DNA of 64,000 bases from an uncultured Gemmatimonadaceae bacterium (GTDB lineage Bacteria; Gemmatimonadota; Gemmatimonadetes; Gemmatimonadales; Gemmatimonadaceae): the NCBI GenBank assembly GCA_963817955.1, contig CAWFQK010000008.1, positions 28,209 through 92,208 of the forward strand, in the 5' to 3' direction. The notes beneath the pieces were generated by a model. The model was not told the DNA's origin, made no database searches, and worked only from the letters and a program-made list of their open reading frames with translations. Position numbers and translations under genes: made by a program. This document shows, piece after piece, positions 1 to 9,315 of this stretch (position 1 is the first letter of the stretch; every line of letters starts with the position of its first letter).

Positions 1-1140
1 GTCGGCCAGTACGATGTCCGATACCTGGAACAGTTGGTCGCCGCCGCATCCGTCGAGGGACACGCGAGCGCCGGTGGCACGCGTGGCACGCGCCAATGCG
101 CGATTCCAGAGTTCATACAAATGAGCCGGCGGCTCGTCGGATTCGGCGGCGCGCTGTTCCAGCGCGTCGAAGAGCGGAATGTCCGCGCTGGCCAGCCACT
201 GTACCTTGGCACCCCAGAATGCCGCGACGAGATCGATCAACTCGTCTTCGCGTCCGGGATCGTCCTCTGGATAGCTGATCGACACCGGACGAAGGCGCGA
301 ACGATCGAGCGGATCGAGCGACTGTTGGCCAGCGGCAAACACCGCGGTGGAATCCCACCCGCCACTCATCCAGACCGTCGAACGGCCTGAGCCGATGCGG
401 TCGGATACGGCCGTGCAGATCAACTCAGTGAGGGCAACGCGCGCGTCCTTCTCGTTCATCGGGTTGGCAGCGGGCGCCAGCGGTGGCCGCCACACCCGCT
501 CGATGCGCATGCGATCGCCCTCGGCAATGAGCACATGGGCCGGCGGGACGGCCTCCACACCGTCGTACGCCGTCTCGCCGCCGAGGGCCCACGGGAGACC
601 CGCGACCTGCGCACCGAGTGTGGCGAGATTCAAGGCCGTGCCGCGCCCGGCGAGTTCGGCGAGTGCGCGCGCTGATGACGCGACGGCCGGACCGCCGCAT
701 TCGGTGTAGAACAATGGGCGCAAGCCGGTTCCGTCGCGCGCGGCCAACAGGCGACGGCGAGCGAGATCCCAAATCACGAATGCGTAATCACCGTTGAGTT
801 GATCGGTGAGACGATCCCCCCAGGCGCGGTACGCCGCAGCGATGAGATGCGTGGGCGTGCTGCCGGTCGGACGCACACCGGCCGCGGCGAGGGCGGCGCG
901 GAGCGATTGGAGATCATAGAGCGTGGCATCCGCGGCAACGACCACCTGATGGCCATGCAGAATCGTAGAACCGCCGCTGTACGCCTCGTCCGTCTCCCAC
1001 GTCTTGCGCGTCAGGACGATCGTCACATCATGATTCGACCAGGAGTCGCCAACGTCGCCGCCGAGAAACCCGAGACAGCGGATGGCGGGCCGGAGTCGGC
1101 TCGGCGAAACGCGTTGGGTACTCGCCAGGAATCCGCTCAT
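1..1140 (-). CDS. Asparagine synthetase-like protein / lasso peptide cyclase (C protein); 3' part runs off the window
   Basis: Not in the ORF track because there is no stop in the window. Hand translation from ATG 1140: MSGFLAST...NGDYAFVIWD...LLAARDGTGLRPLFY...TVWMSGGWDSTAV...DGCGGDQLF. Ntn-domain motifs without the catalytic Cys after Met, PP-loop SGGxDS, and GxGGDxLF. ATGA overlap with the B2 stop. Confidence 0.9.
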   Translation of the reverse strand, partial: MSGFLASTQRVSPSRLRPAIRCLGFLGGDVGDSWSNHDVTIVLTRKTWETDEAYSGGSTILHGHQVVVAADATLYDLQSLRAALAAAGVRPTGSTPTHLIAAAYRAWGDRLTDQLNGDYAFVIWDLARRRLLAARDGTGLRPLFYTECGGPAVASSARALAELAGRGTALNLATLGAQVAGLPWALGGETAYDGVEAVPPAHVLIAEGDRMRIERVWRPPLAPAANPMNEKDARVALTELICTAVSDRIGSGRSTVWMSGGWDSTAVFAAGQQSLDPLDRSRLRPVSISYPEDDPGREDELIDLVAAFWGAKVQWLASADIPLFDALEQRAAESDEPPAHLYELWNRALARATRATGARVSLDGCGGDQLFQVSDIVLAD

Positions 1141-1601
1141 TGGGACAGTGCCGAGAAGTCGTGCAATGGGACGAAGCGCGCCACCCGCGAGGGATCGTCG
1201 CCGATGACACGGCCGCCCAACTCGATCCACGCATGCGCAAGCAGCGTGTCGCAATGGCGCTGGACACCAACGCGCACGGCGGCCGCTTCCACACCGGCGC
1301 GCTGGAGGAGTTGCTCGAGCGCGATTGCACGGACGAGGCAGGTTGGGCGAAAGAGCCCGAACCGCGCGGCACGGTCAACCGCCGTAGCCATGCGAGTGAT
1401 CCAATGCACATCGCTGAGCCGCGGTGCCGTGTCCGGGGGTGCGACAGGGCGCAGCAGTTGGCCGCGCGGCCGTCGACGTATGGTCCAGAGGGCGGACAGT
1501 AGCATCCCTTGCGCGGCCGCGAGGTCGAGCACTTCCCTGAGAGGAAGTGCCAACAGTTGCCGCGTGCGGTGGGCGACGGCCCGCGATCGCCGTGCGTTCA
1601 C
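1137..1601 (-). CDS. Lasso peptide biosynthesis B2 protein (transglutaminase-like leader peptidase)
   Basis: TCLVRAIAL...GV...AHAWIE...GD Cys/His/Asp pattern; overlaps both neighbours. Confidence 0.9.
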   Translation of the reverse strand: MNARRSRAVAHRTRQLLALPLREVLDLAAAQGMLLSALWTIRRRPRGQLLRPVAPPDTAPRLSDVHWITRMATAVDRAARFGLFRPTCLVRAIALEQLLQRAGVEAAAVRVGVQRHCDTLLAHAWIELGGRVIGDDPSRVARFVPLHDFSALSQ

Positions 1602-1873
1602 TCGGCCTCGACGACGAGCCGGTCGTCGTGAAGACGCTCGAGCAGTGCGATCACGTCCTCACGGATCGCCATTGCGTCAACGTCAGGATATTCCGCTGAC
1701 AACGTCGAGCACAGATCGTCGAGCTCCATGCAATGGGGCGGCAGCAACTGCCAGACGCGCGCACCGACGGTGTTCAATCCGAAATAGATCTCGTCTTGCG
1801 TGTGAAGCAGGACTGCGCCGTCCGCGACAGACTGGTACATGACTGCGGGGTGGGGCGATGGAAGCATTTGCAT
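1598..1873 (-). CDS. PqqD-family RiPP recognition element (lasso B1)
   Basis: About 90 aa, GAVLL...YFGLNTVGARVWQLL...LSAEYPDVD...DV.ALL..L....LV; start ATG 1873 or 1867 (track start 2074 is probably too long). Confidence 0.9.
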   Translation of the reverse strand: MQMLPSPHPAVMYQSVADGAVLLHTQDEIYFGLNTVGARVWQLLPPHCMELDDLCSTLSAEYPDVDAMAIREDVIALLERLHDDRLVVEAE

Positions 1874-1941
1874 GATCGCGTCGTGAAGGTGCGGGTCCGG
1901 ATCGCCGAGCGAGTCGCTTGCCGGCTGCTGGCCCATGTGAA

Positions 1942-1957
1942 GGCAATCGCCATTCCG
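1942..1957 (-). promoter_or_regulatory. Candidate sigma54 -24/-12 promoter for the lasso-type operon
   Basis: CGGAATG-GCGA-TTGCC (GG-N10-GC with TTGC) about 70 nt upstream of the PqqD start. Confidence 0.4.
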
Positions 1958-2280
1958 AACGCGGCGCGCGTGCCGCTGGTGCAGCAACTCGGTGTGGGCG
2001 CGCGGGTTAGCGTGGAACCGCGTGGCGTAGCAGGGTGGCGCGTTAGCGCCGGCAGTCGCGCGCATGCCGCACAACTGTGGCGCGAAGTCCGCATGCGGTC
2101 GACAGCGGACGCGGCATTAGAGATATACTATGGTGTCTGCCGACGCGCCGCAGGACGTTGGGACCGCGTCAATTAGCGGCGCCTCCGCCAATCGCACCGC
2201 GGCCCGCGCGGGACTTGCATGGCGCCCATGGCAGCAGGGCCGCGGGTTCGCGGTGCGCCTCTCTTCCCGGACACGTCATC

Positions 2281-3669
2281 ATGAAACAACAATTGCTTGC
2301 GCGGATCGACCACCGCACCGCTGTGGTCGGTGTCATTGGTCTCGGATATGTTGGACTGCCGCTCGCAGTCGAGTTCGCCAAGGCGGGGTTCCCGGTCATC
2401 GGCTACGACGTCAACGCCGGGGTGGTGGAAGCACTCATGACGGGCGAATCACACATACAGGATGTGCCGAGCTCAGAGATCGCAGCCCTCGTGCGGAGCG
2501 GCCGCTTCGTCGCGACGACCGACGACTCGGCGTTGAGTGCCGCCGATGCCATCGCCATCGCCGTGCCCACGCCGCTCGTCAAGACGCGTGATCCCGACAT
2601 GCAGTACGTCGAGGCGGCGGCTCGTACCATCGCGGCTAACGCGCATCCCGGGTTGTTGGTGGTGCTGGAAAGCACCACCTACCCAGGCACGACGCGCGAG
2701 CTGTTGCAGCCGATGCTCGAACGGCTCGGGTATGGGGTGGGGGTGGACGTGTTCCTGGCGTTCAGTCCGGAGCGTGTCGATCCGGGCAATGCCGTGTGGC
2801 AGACGAAGAACACTCCCAAGGTGATCGGCGGGGTGACGCCAGCGTGTTGCGACGTGGCGTGCGCGCTCTACTCGAAAGCGATCGATACGTTGGTGGCCGT
2901 CTCCAGTCCAGAAGCTGCGGAGCTCGCGAAGTTGCTGGAAAACACGTTCCGAAGCGTGAACATCGGGCTCGCGAACGAGATGGCGATCGTGTGCGATAAG
3001 CTTGGCGTGGACGTGTGGGAAGTGATCAATGCGGCGGCAACCAAGCCCTTCGGTTTCATGAGATTCACGCCCGGCCCTGGCATCGGCGGCCACTGCATTC
3101 CACTCGATCCCCACTATCTCGCCTGGAAGATGAGAACACTCAACTATAAGACGCGATTCATAGACCTCGCGAGCGAGATCAACAGCCAGATGCCAGCGTT
3201 CGTCGTGGAGAAGGTGGCGCGCGCGCTCAACGATGATGAAAAGGCGGTGAAGGGAAGCCGTATCCTCGTTGTCGGCGTTGCCTACAAGGCGGACATCGAT
3301 GACCTCCGCGAAAGTCCGGCGCTCGACGTATTTCGTTTGTTGGAAGAGCGTGGCGCGCTGGTGGAGTATCACGATCCGTTCGTGCCGATCATTCGCGAAG
3401 ATGGCTACGTACGCCGCTCGGTCGCGTTGACCCCCGAAGTGCTGGAGGCGGCGGATGCCGTGGTGATCGTGACCGATCATCGCGTCATCGACTATCAATT
3501 GCTTCGTGATCACGCGGCGATCGTGGTCGATAGCCGGAATGCCATGGCCGCCACCGTGCCGACGAATGCACGCGTGGTATCACTCTGCGCACGGGTGCGA
3601 ACCGCATCTGCGCGCGAACCCGTCGTGGCAGGAGTCGGAATGAACGGCGAAGACGTCTGGACGGAATAG
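2281..3669 (+). CDS. Nucleotide-sugar dehydrogenase (UDP-N-acetylhexosamine 6-dehydrogenase, WbpA/WecC-like)
   Basis: VIGLGYVGLPLA, ESTTYPGTT, FSPERVDPG, KLLENTFR.VNI, PGPGIGGHCIPLDP, YKADIDDLRESP. Confidence 0.93.
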   Translation: MKQQLLARIDHRTAVVGVIGLGYVGLPLAVEFAKAGFPVIGYDVNAGVVEALMTGESHIQDVPSSEIAALVRSGRFVATTDDSALSAADAIAIAVPTPLVKTRDPDMQYVEAAARTIAANAHPGLLVVLESTTYPGTTRELLQPMLERLGYGVGVDVFLAFSPERVDPGNAVWQTKNTPKVIGGVTPACCDVACALYSKAIDTLVAVSSPEAAELAKLLENTFRSVNIGLANEMAIVCDKLGVDVWEVINAAATKPFGFMRFTPGPGIGGHCIPLDPHYLAWKMRTLNYKTRFIDLASEINSQMPAFVVEKVARALNDDEKAVKGSRILVVGVAYKADIDDLRESPALDVFRLLEERGALVEYHDPFVPIIREDGYVRRSVALTPEVLEAADAVVIVTDHRVIDYQLLRDHAAIVVDSRNAMAATVPTNARVVSLCARVRTASAREPVVAGVGMNGEDVWTE

Positions 3670-3798
3670 TCGCGTGTAGTGTCCGGGCCACACCGTGTTG
3701 TGGGTGAGCCACGACGGTGTGCGCTCGTACCGCCGATTGCCGCCGCGTACCATGCATGGTGCCATCAGCTTAGCACCTGGGTCCCAAGTCGCTCGCCC

Positions 3799-3813
3799 TG
3801 GCATGACCGCTGC
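3799..3813 (+). promoter_or_regulatory. Candidate sigma54 promoter
   Basis: TGGCATG-ACCG-CTGC, 45 nt upstream of the GT2 start. Confidence 0.45.
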
Positions 3814-3857
3814 CAAACGCTTGCATCGGATGCTCGTTCGTCCAACGCGGAGTCTGT

Positions 3858-5078
3858 GTGAACGTGAACGCCACTGCAACGATCGCGACGGTTCTCGCGA
3901 TAGGGCTCCTGCCCGTCGCGCTCCTCCTGGTGCTTCCGCTGATCTCGGAGGCCTGTAGCCTCGTGGTGCTCGGTATGGCAGCACTGAGGCCCGGCGCGCC
4001 GGCGCGCCGCGTGGTGCCGCGGCAACGCCTTCTGGTGCTCGTGGCCGCCCACAACGAGGAACTGCTGATTGGCGACGCGGTGCGGTCCATGGTCGCCATG
4101 CATAAGCGGATCTGCGACTACGACCTCGTCGTCGTCTCGGACAACAGCAGCGATCGAACGGCCGAGCTCGCGGCCAGTGCCGGCGCACGGGTGCTCGAGC
4201 GCTTCGACACGGTGCGCCGCGGTAAGCCGTGGGCGCTGCAGTGGGCCATGGAGCGATTGCCCGTGTGCGAGTATGACGGTGTGGTGATCGTCGATGCGGA
4301 CACGATCGTCGATCCAGACTTCGCGGACGCGTTCGCGCGCCACGGCCCGTTGCGCGGCAAAGCCGTGCAATCGTACTGCGCGATTTCGAATGTGGAGGAT
4401 TCCTGGCTGACCGTGCTCGGCGGCCTGCTCGTATCCCTGCGGTATGACGGACAGTACGCGCTGAAGCGGCGGGTCGGGTTGAACTGTCCGATCGGCAATG
4501 GATGGTGTCTCGGCACCGATCTTCTGGCAAAGGGCGGCTGGGCTCCGGAGTCGCTCACCGAGACGTGGGAGCTGTACGCGCGCTACACCACGATTGGTGC
4601 ACGAGTGGACTTCGCGGCAGATGCTGTCATGCGCGGCCAGGAAGCACATACGCTGGCGGAGGGCGCGATCCAGCGCCGCCGGTGGCAAGCGGGAAAGCTC
4701 GTCGTGTTCTCGCGCTATGGATGGAAGCTGCTGACGAGCTCGATGATCGGATGGCGCCAGAAGCTCGATGCCTTTGGCGAGTTGGCGGCGCCCGGCCCGG
4801 TCTTGCACGCGGCCGTCGCTGCGCCGCTCGCGGTGGCGCTCGCGCTGGCCCCGGGCCGCGTTCCGCACGTCGTCGCCGGCCTGTTTGCCGCATCACTGCT
4901 CCCGACCATTCTCTGGACGGTGGGGACATGGTACCGGCAACCGCAGCGCGCGCGATTGCTCATGGCGCTGGCGCACATCCCTGTCTACGCCGCCTGGCGG
5001 CTGGTGGTTGGCGTGCAGGCATTCGGAACCGCGCGCCGCGGTGTCTGGCACCGTTCACCCAGACATATATCGGCATAG
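3858..5078 (+). CDS. Membrane glycosyltransferase family 2
   Basis: AAHNEE, DNSSDRT, GKPWAL, DADT, QRRRW; N- and C-terminal TM segments. Confidence 0.9.
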   Translation: MNVNATATIATVLAIGLLPVALLLVLPLISEACSLVVLGMAALRPGAPARRVVPRQRLLVLVAAHNEELLIGDAVRSMVAMHKRICDYDLVVVSDNSSDRTAELAASAGARVLERFDTVRRGKPWALQWAMERLPVCEYDGVVIVDADTIVDPDFADAFARHGPLRGKAVQSYCAISNVEDSWLTVLGGLLVSLRYDGQYALKRRVGLNCPIGNGWCLGTDLLAKGGWAPESLTETWELYARYTTIGARVDFAADAVMRGQEAHTLAEGAIQRRRWQAGKLVVFSRYGWKLLTSSMIGWRQKLDAFGELAAPGPVLHAAVAAPLAVALALAPGRVPHVVAGLFAASLLPTILWTVGTWYRQPQRARLLMALAHIPVYAAWRLVVGVQAFGTARRGVWHRSPRHISA

Positions 5079-5088
5079 AGGAACTGAC

Positions 5089-6483
5089 GTGCGCACTCCG
5101 CTTGCTGTGGCGGTACGCGGCGACGACGCCGCCCCCGAAACTCGTGTCCTGTCTACCGCGGTGGCGGTTGGCATGCCGCGGCTCGCCGGTCATGTGAGGC
5201 GGCGCCGCGAGGCAGTCCGCCGAATACGCTACCGGCCCGATGCGCTCTTGTGGGCGCTCGCGTTCATGAACGTCACCTATGTGTGGCGTCTGCCGAGCAT
5301 TGTATCGGTACTCAAGCCGCTCCGCCTCGCCCTCGTCAGTGGGGCGCTGGCGCTTTGCCTGTTCCTGCTCGATCGCAGTCCGCGTCGCCGTGTAGTCGAT
5401 CTCCCGATGACGCCCGTGCGACTCGTCGCCGCGTTCGTCGGGTTGATGATACTATCAACGCCGGCCGGGCTCTATCCCACGCATAGCGCCCAGTATCTGG
5501 TCCAGACCATCCTGCCCGCGTTGCTGTTGATGATCATGATTGCCGCGTCGATGCGGTCGCTCGCGGACATAGAGTGGTTCGCCATGGTGAACATGGTGGC
5601 GGCCGGAGGATACTGCTTGTTCGTGCTGTGGGTATTTCGTGTCGGCCGAGAGGGGCGGTTGGCAGAGCTGATCTACTATGATGGCAACGACCTTGCCTTG
5701 CACATGGTCGCGACGCTGCCGCTGACGGCGTACTTCCTGACGCGCGGCCAGCGGTGGACACGACGGCTGGTGGCCGGCCTATGTGCGCCGCTGTTTCTGC
5801 TGTTGCTCGTCCGAACGGGATCGCGCGGGGCCTTCGTCGGCCTCACCGTGGTCACCGCGAACATCGCGCTCTTCTATCGCGGATTCAGCCGCGTCAAACG
5901 GATGGCAGCCGTGACGTTCATCGCGATCGCGTTCGTCATTCTTGGCGGCGCCACCTATTTCTCCAAGATCCAGACGATCTTCAACCCGACCGCCGATTAC
6001 AACTGGAGCGGTCAATCGCCCACCGGACGCCTGGAGATTTGGAAGCGCGGCTTCGGCTATCTGGCCCAGCGGCCACTGCTCGGGGTCGGCATCAACAACT
6101 TCGAGCGCGCGGAGGGCAATCTGTCTGCCATGGGGCGAGATGCGCAGGCGCGCGGCCGCCCCTTCAAGTGGTCGGTGGCGCACAATTCATATCTCGAGAC
6201 CGCTACAGAATCGGGCATCGCAGCATTGGTGGTCTTTCTGGCTCTGTTCGCGACGACGTTCCAGTTGTTGCGCCGGATCACGCGCACTATGGGAGGTCTG
6301 CCCTTTATCGCGCGCGAGCATGTGCTCGCGCAAATACTCGGGGCGTCGCTGCTGGGATATCTCGTCTGTGCGTTCTTCCTGTCGGCCGAATACTTCACGT
6401 ATCCGTATGTTCTGCTCGGGCTGGCCCTGGCCCTCTACCGAACGTCGTTCCCCAACGCGCGCGTCGTCAGGCGGTCCCGATGA
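5089..6483 (+). CDS. O-antigen ligase / Wzy polymerase family membrane protein
   Basis: Polytopic; D.NDLA, TGSRGA, GR.EIW, P.LGVG..NF, AHNSYL; GTG start after GAGG. Confidence 0.88.
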   Translation: MRTPLAVAVRGDDAAPETRVLSTAVAVGMPRLAGHVRRRREAVRRIRYRPDALLWALAFMNVTYVWRLPSIVSVLKPLRLALVSGALALCLFLLDRSPRRRVVDLPMTPVRLVAAFVGLMILSTPAGLYPTHSAQYLVQTILPALLLMIMIAASMRSLADIEWFAMVNMVAAGGYCLFVLWVFRVGREGRLAELIYYDGNDLALHMVATLPLTAYFLTRGQRWTRRLVAGLCAPLFLLLLVRTGSRGAFVGLTVVTANIALFYRGFSRVKRMAAVTFIAIAFVILGGATYFSKIQTIFNPTADYNWSGQSPTGRLEIWKRGFGYLAQRPLLGVGINNFERAEGNLSAMGRDAQARGRPFKWSVAHNSYLETATESGIAALVVFLALFATTFQLLRRITRTMGGLPFIAREHVLAQILGASLLGYLVCAFFLSAEYFTYPYVLLGLALALYRTSFPNARVVRRSR

Positions 6484-7397
6484 CGGCGACACAGGCGATC
6501 AGACGGAGTGGCCACTGGATGCTGGCGCATGCAGGCGCGCCGAGGCTTGCGCGGTGGGTGCATCGTGACGCGCTGCTGGTGCTCACATATCACAATGTGA
6601 TCCCGAACGGCGGGCACGCAACGCGCGGCGAAGCGTCGTTGCATGTCGAGCAGGCGCAATTTGGCGAGCAGCTCGATGTGTTGCGGGAAACGCACGACGT
6701 GGTGTCAATCATTGACGTGCTGAATGGACGCCGCGCCAGCGGCGACCGGCCGCGCGCGCTGATCACGTTCGATGATGCCTATAGCGGCGCGGTGACGCTG
6801 GCCGTGGAGGAGTTGGCCAAGCGCCGACTCGAGGCGACCATCTTCGTTGCGCCCGCCTGCATCGGACGTGCGTTCTGGTGGGACGCGCTGGCCGGAGGAA
6901 CTGGCGGCGAACTGCCGAGCAGCGTACGGAACTGCGCGTTGTTTGCGTATGGCGGTGACGAGAACCGCGTGCGCCAGTGGGCGGACGCGTCCGGTATGAC
7001 CATGACGCAACCGCATGACGCCCAGAGATGCGCGACGCTGCTCGAGCTGCGCGCTGCCTCGCGGATTCCCGGCATCACGTTCGCCTCCCACAGTTGGTCG
7101 CACCCCGTGTTGGCGACGTTGCACACTGACGAGTTGAGTCAGGAGCTTGGACGGTCGCTGCGCTGGTTGCGTGACACGCTCGGCTCCATTGTGCCGGCGC
7201 TCGCCGTTCCATACGCGTTGAGCTGTCCGGCGGTCGAGATCGAGGCGCGCCGGCAGGGGTATGCTGCGGTGTTTCCCGGTAATCGCGGTTGGGTGTCGTC
7301 GCGCGGTCCGTTGCCGTTCGCCCTGCCGCGCCAGAACGTGCCGGCAGGATTGTCGCTGAACACGTTCAGGCTGCGCATTTCGGGGGTGCCGACATGA
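6480..7397 (+). CDS. Polysaccharide deacetylase (NodB-like)
   Basis: LTYHNV, ITFDDAY, SHSWSHP motifs. Confidence 0.88.
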   Translation: MTATQAIRRSGHWMLAHAGAPRLARWVHRDALLVLTYHNVIPNGGHATRGEASLHVEQAQFGEQLDVLRETHDVVSIIDVLNGRRASGDRPRALITFDDAYSGAVTLAVEELAKRRLEATIFVAPACIGRAFWWDALAGGTGGELPSSVRNCALFAYGGDENRVRQWADASGMTMTQPHDAQRCATLLELRAASRIPGITFASHSWSHPVLATLHTDELSQELGRSLRWLRDTLGSIVPALAVPYALSCPAVEIEARRQGYAAVFPGNRGWVSSRGPLPFALPRQNVPAGLSLNTFRLRISGVPT

Positions 7398-8572
7398 TGG
7401 CTGTGGCTGCGACGCCCGTCGCCCACCCGCGTCCGAGCGCGCGTCAGGTCAAGCGCCGCACACGCGTACTGCACGTAGTGCTCAACCTCGAAGCGGGGGG
7501 ATTGGAGCGGCTCGTCGTGGAACTGGCGAACCGCGTGGATCCGCGACATTTCGAGAGCCACGTGCTCGTGCTGCAGTACCCAGGCCGGCATGCGAGCGAG
7601 TTGCGCGACGCCGCCAGCCTGCACACCAGCGGCCCGCTTTCCTCATGGTCGATGATCTGGCCATCCGCCCTCGCCGATACCGTGCGGAGAATCGCGCCTG
7701 ACATCATGCACACGCATAGCGGCGTGTGGTACAAGGCGTCGCTCGCCGCGCGAATGGCGGGAGTCCGCCGCACCGTGCATACCGACCACGGGCGGTTGAT
7801 ACCTGATCCCAGAGGCGACCGACTCACCGACGGACTCGCCGCGAGGCGGACGAGCCTGGTCGTTGCCGTGTCGGTGCCGCTCGCGCAGTACTTGCGCCGG
7901 GCCCTGCACGTGCCGCTGGCCAAATTGCGTGTGGTGCGCAATGGAGTCGATGCCGACGCGTTCGTCTCGCACGACGCCGGCGCGGCCGTGCGCGCCGAAC
8001 TGGGGATAGCGCCTGGCCGGCCGGTGGTCGGCAGCATCGGTCGCCTCGACGGCATCAAAGCGTACGATCTCCTCATCGAAGCGTTTCGGCAGGTGCGCGC
8101 CGGTTGGACGGCGGAACGCGCACCCGTGCTCGTGATCGCTGGTGATGGGCCGGATAGAGCGCGCCTCGACGCGCTGCTCGCCTCACTGGACGAGACCGTT
8201 CGGCAGGACGTGCACTTGCTCGGGTGGCGCACCAACATCCGTGAGTTGCTCGGCGTGTTCGACGTGTTCGCGATGTCGTCGCGGAGCGAGGGCACGTCGG
8301 TAAGCCTGCTCGAGTCCATGAGCGCGGGTATCTGCCCGGTGGTGACGGACGTGGGCGGAAACGCCGACGTTCTGGGGTTGGAACTCCGCCACCGGCTCGT
8401 TGCGCCGGACGACGCGAGTGCCTTTGCGCGCGCGCTCACGGACGTGCTTCGTGAGCCGGGGCAGCGCATGCGCGATGCGATGCTGGCGCGTGCGCGCGTC
8501 GAAGCCCAGTTCAGCGTGGCCGCCATGGTGCGCCAATATGAACAGTTGTATGCCGCTTTGTGGGCCACGTGA
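7394..8572 (+). CDS. Glycosyltransferase family 4
   Basis: GGLER, HTDHG, NGVD, GRL..IK, SRSEGTSVSLLESM, TDVGG. Confidence 0.92.
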   Translation: MMAVAATPVAHPRPSARQVKRRTRVLHVVLNLEAGGLERLVVELANRVDPRHFESHVLVLQYPGRHASELRDAASLHTSGPLSSWSMIWPSALADTVRRIAPDIMHTHSGVWYKASLAARMAGVRRTVHTDHGRLIPDPRGDRLTDGLAARRTSLVVAVSVPLAQYLRRALHVPLAKLRVVRNGVDADAFVSHDAGAAVRAELGIAPGRPVVGSIGRLDGIKAYDLLIEAFRQVRAGWTAERAPVLVIAGDGPDRARLDALLASLDETVRQDVHLLGWRTNIRELLGVFDVFAMSSRSEGTSVSLLESMSAGICPVVTDVGGNADVLGLELRHRLVAPDDASAFARALTDVLREPGQRMRDAMLARARVEAQFSVAAMVRQYEQLYAALWAT

Positions 8573-9315
8573 CGACCGACATCTACACCGCGGCGGCAAT
8601 GAACTGGCTGTGGCTTGCTGACACAGAGGGACGCGAACGCGCCCTCGTCGTGTCGGAGTCCGGCGACGGGTGGACCGCGGCACTCCGCCGCCATTTCGCG
8701 GCCGTCGATCGGCTGACGGTTACTACGCTTCACGACGCGCTGTGTACCACCCATCAGCCGGCTGATCGAATGCAGTCAGCGCTCTTGCCGTTCGATGATG
8801 CGCAATTCGATTGTGTGGTGCTCCCAGGATTCATCGGGAGTTGGCAGCGCATCGCGCGGGAAATGCCCGGTCGGGTGGTGCGCGCTCGAATCATGCGCGA
8901 GTGCCGCCGAGTACTCCGGACCGGAGGGCTGTTGGTTGTCAGCGGGCGAAACCCGCAATGGTATGGGATGACGGATGATCGTCGCGCGCCCCGCGGCTGC
9001 TCCGAGTTGGCGGAGCGGGCCAATGGCGAGCCGGGCCCACCACTGCCAATTGGACAACGCCATAAGGTGTTTCCTTCGGCAGCAGATTTGCGGCTCTCGA
9101 ACGTGATGATCGACGCCGGCTTTGACAGAGTCCAGCAGTACTTTGCCGATCCGTCGGACCTCATGCCCTCGGCGATCATTCCTGCCTGTCGTTCGGCGGC
9201 GCGCGCCTTTGAGCAACAGGAACACACGTTGCGCGGGCGAGCGCCGCGCCTGCTCACCGCGGCGGGTCTCCACGCCATGGCGTATCCGGCGCGAATCGTG
9301 ATGGCATTCGCGTGA
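8569..9315 (+). CDS. Class I SAM methyltransferase-like protein (motif I degenerate)
   Basis: LPFDDAQFDCV and RECRRVLRTGGLLV motifs; no clear GxG. Confidence 0.65.
   Translation: MTTDIYTAAAMNWLWLADTEGRERALVVSESGDGWTAALRRHFAAVDRLTVTTLHDALCTTHQPADRMQSALLPFDDAQFDCVVLPGFIGSWQRIAREMPGRVVRARIMRECRRVLRTGGLLVVSGRNPQWYGMTDDRRAPRGCSELAERANGEPGPPLPIGQRHKVFPSAADLRLSNVMIDAGFDRVQQYFADPSDLMPSAIIPACRSAARAFEQQEHTLRGRAPRLLTAAGLHAMAYPARIVMAFA

Noticed and set aside
34..1842. Plus-strand ORFs 34..390, 347..709 and 799..1842
   Set aside because: Antisense shadows of the cyclase, B2 and PqqD genes
1874..2280. Lasso precursor peptide upstream of the RRE gene
   Set aside because: No short ORF with a YxxP/L..G...T leader pattern found by eye
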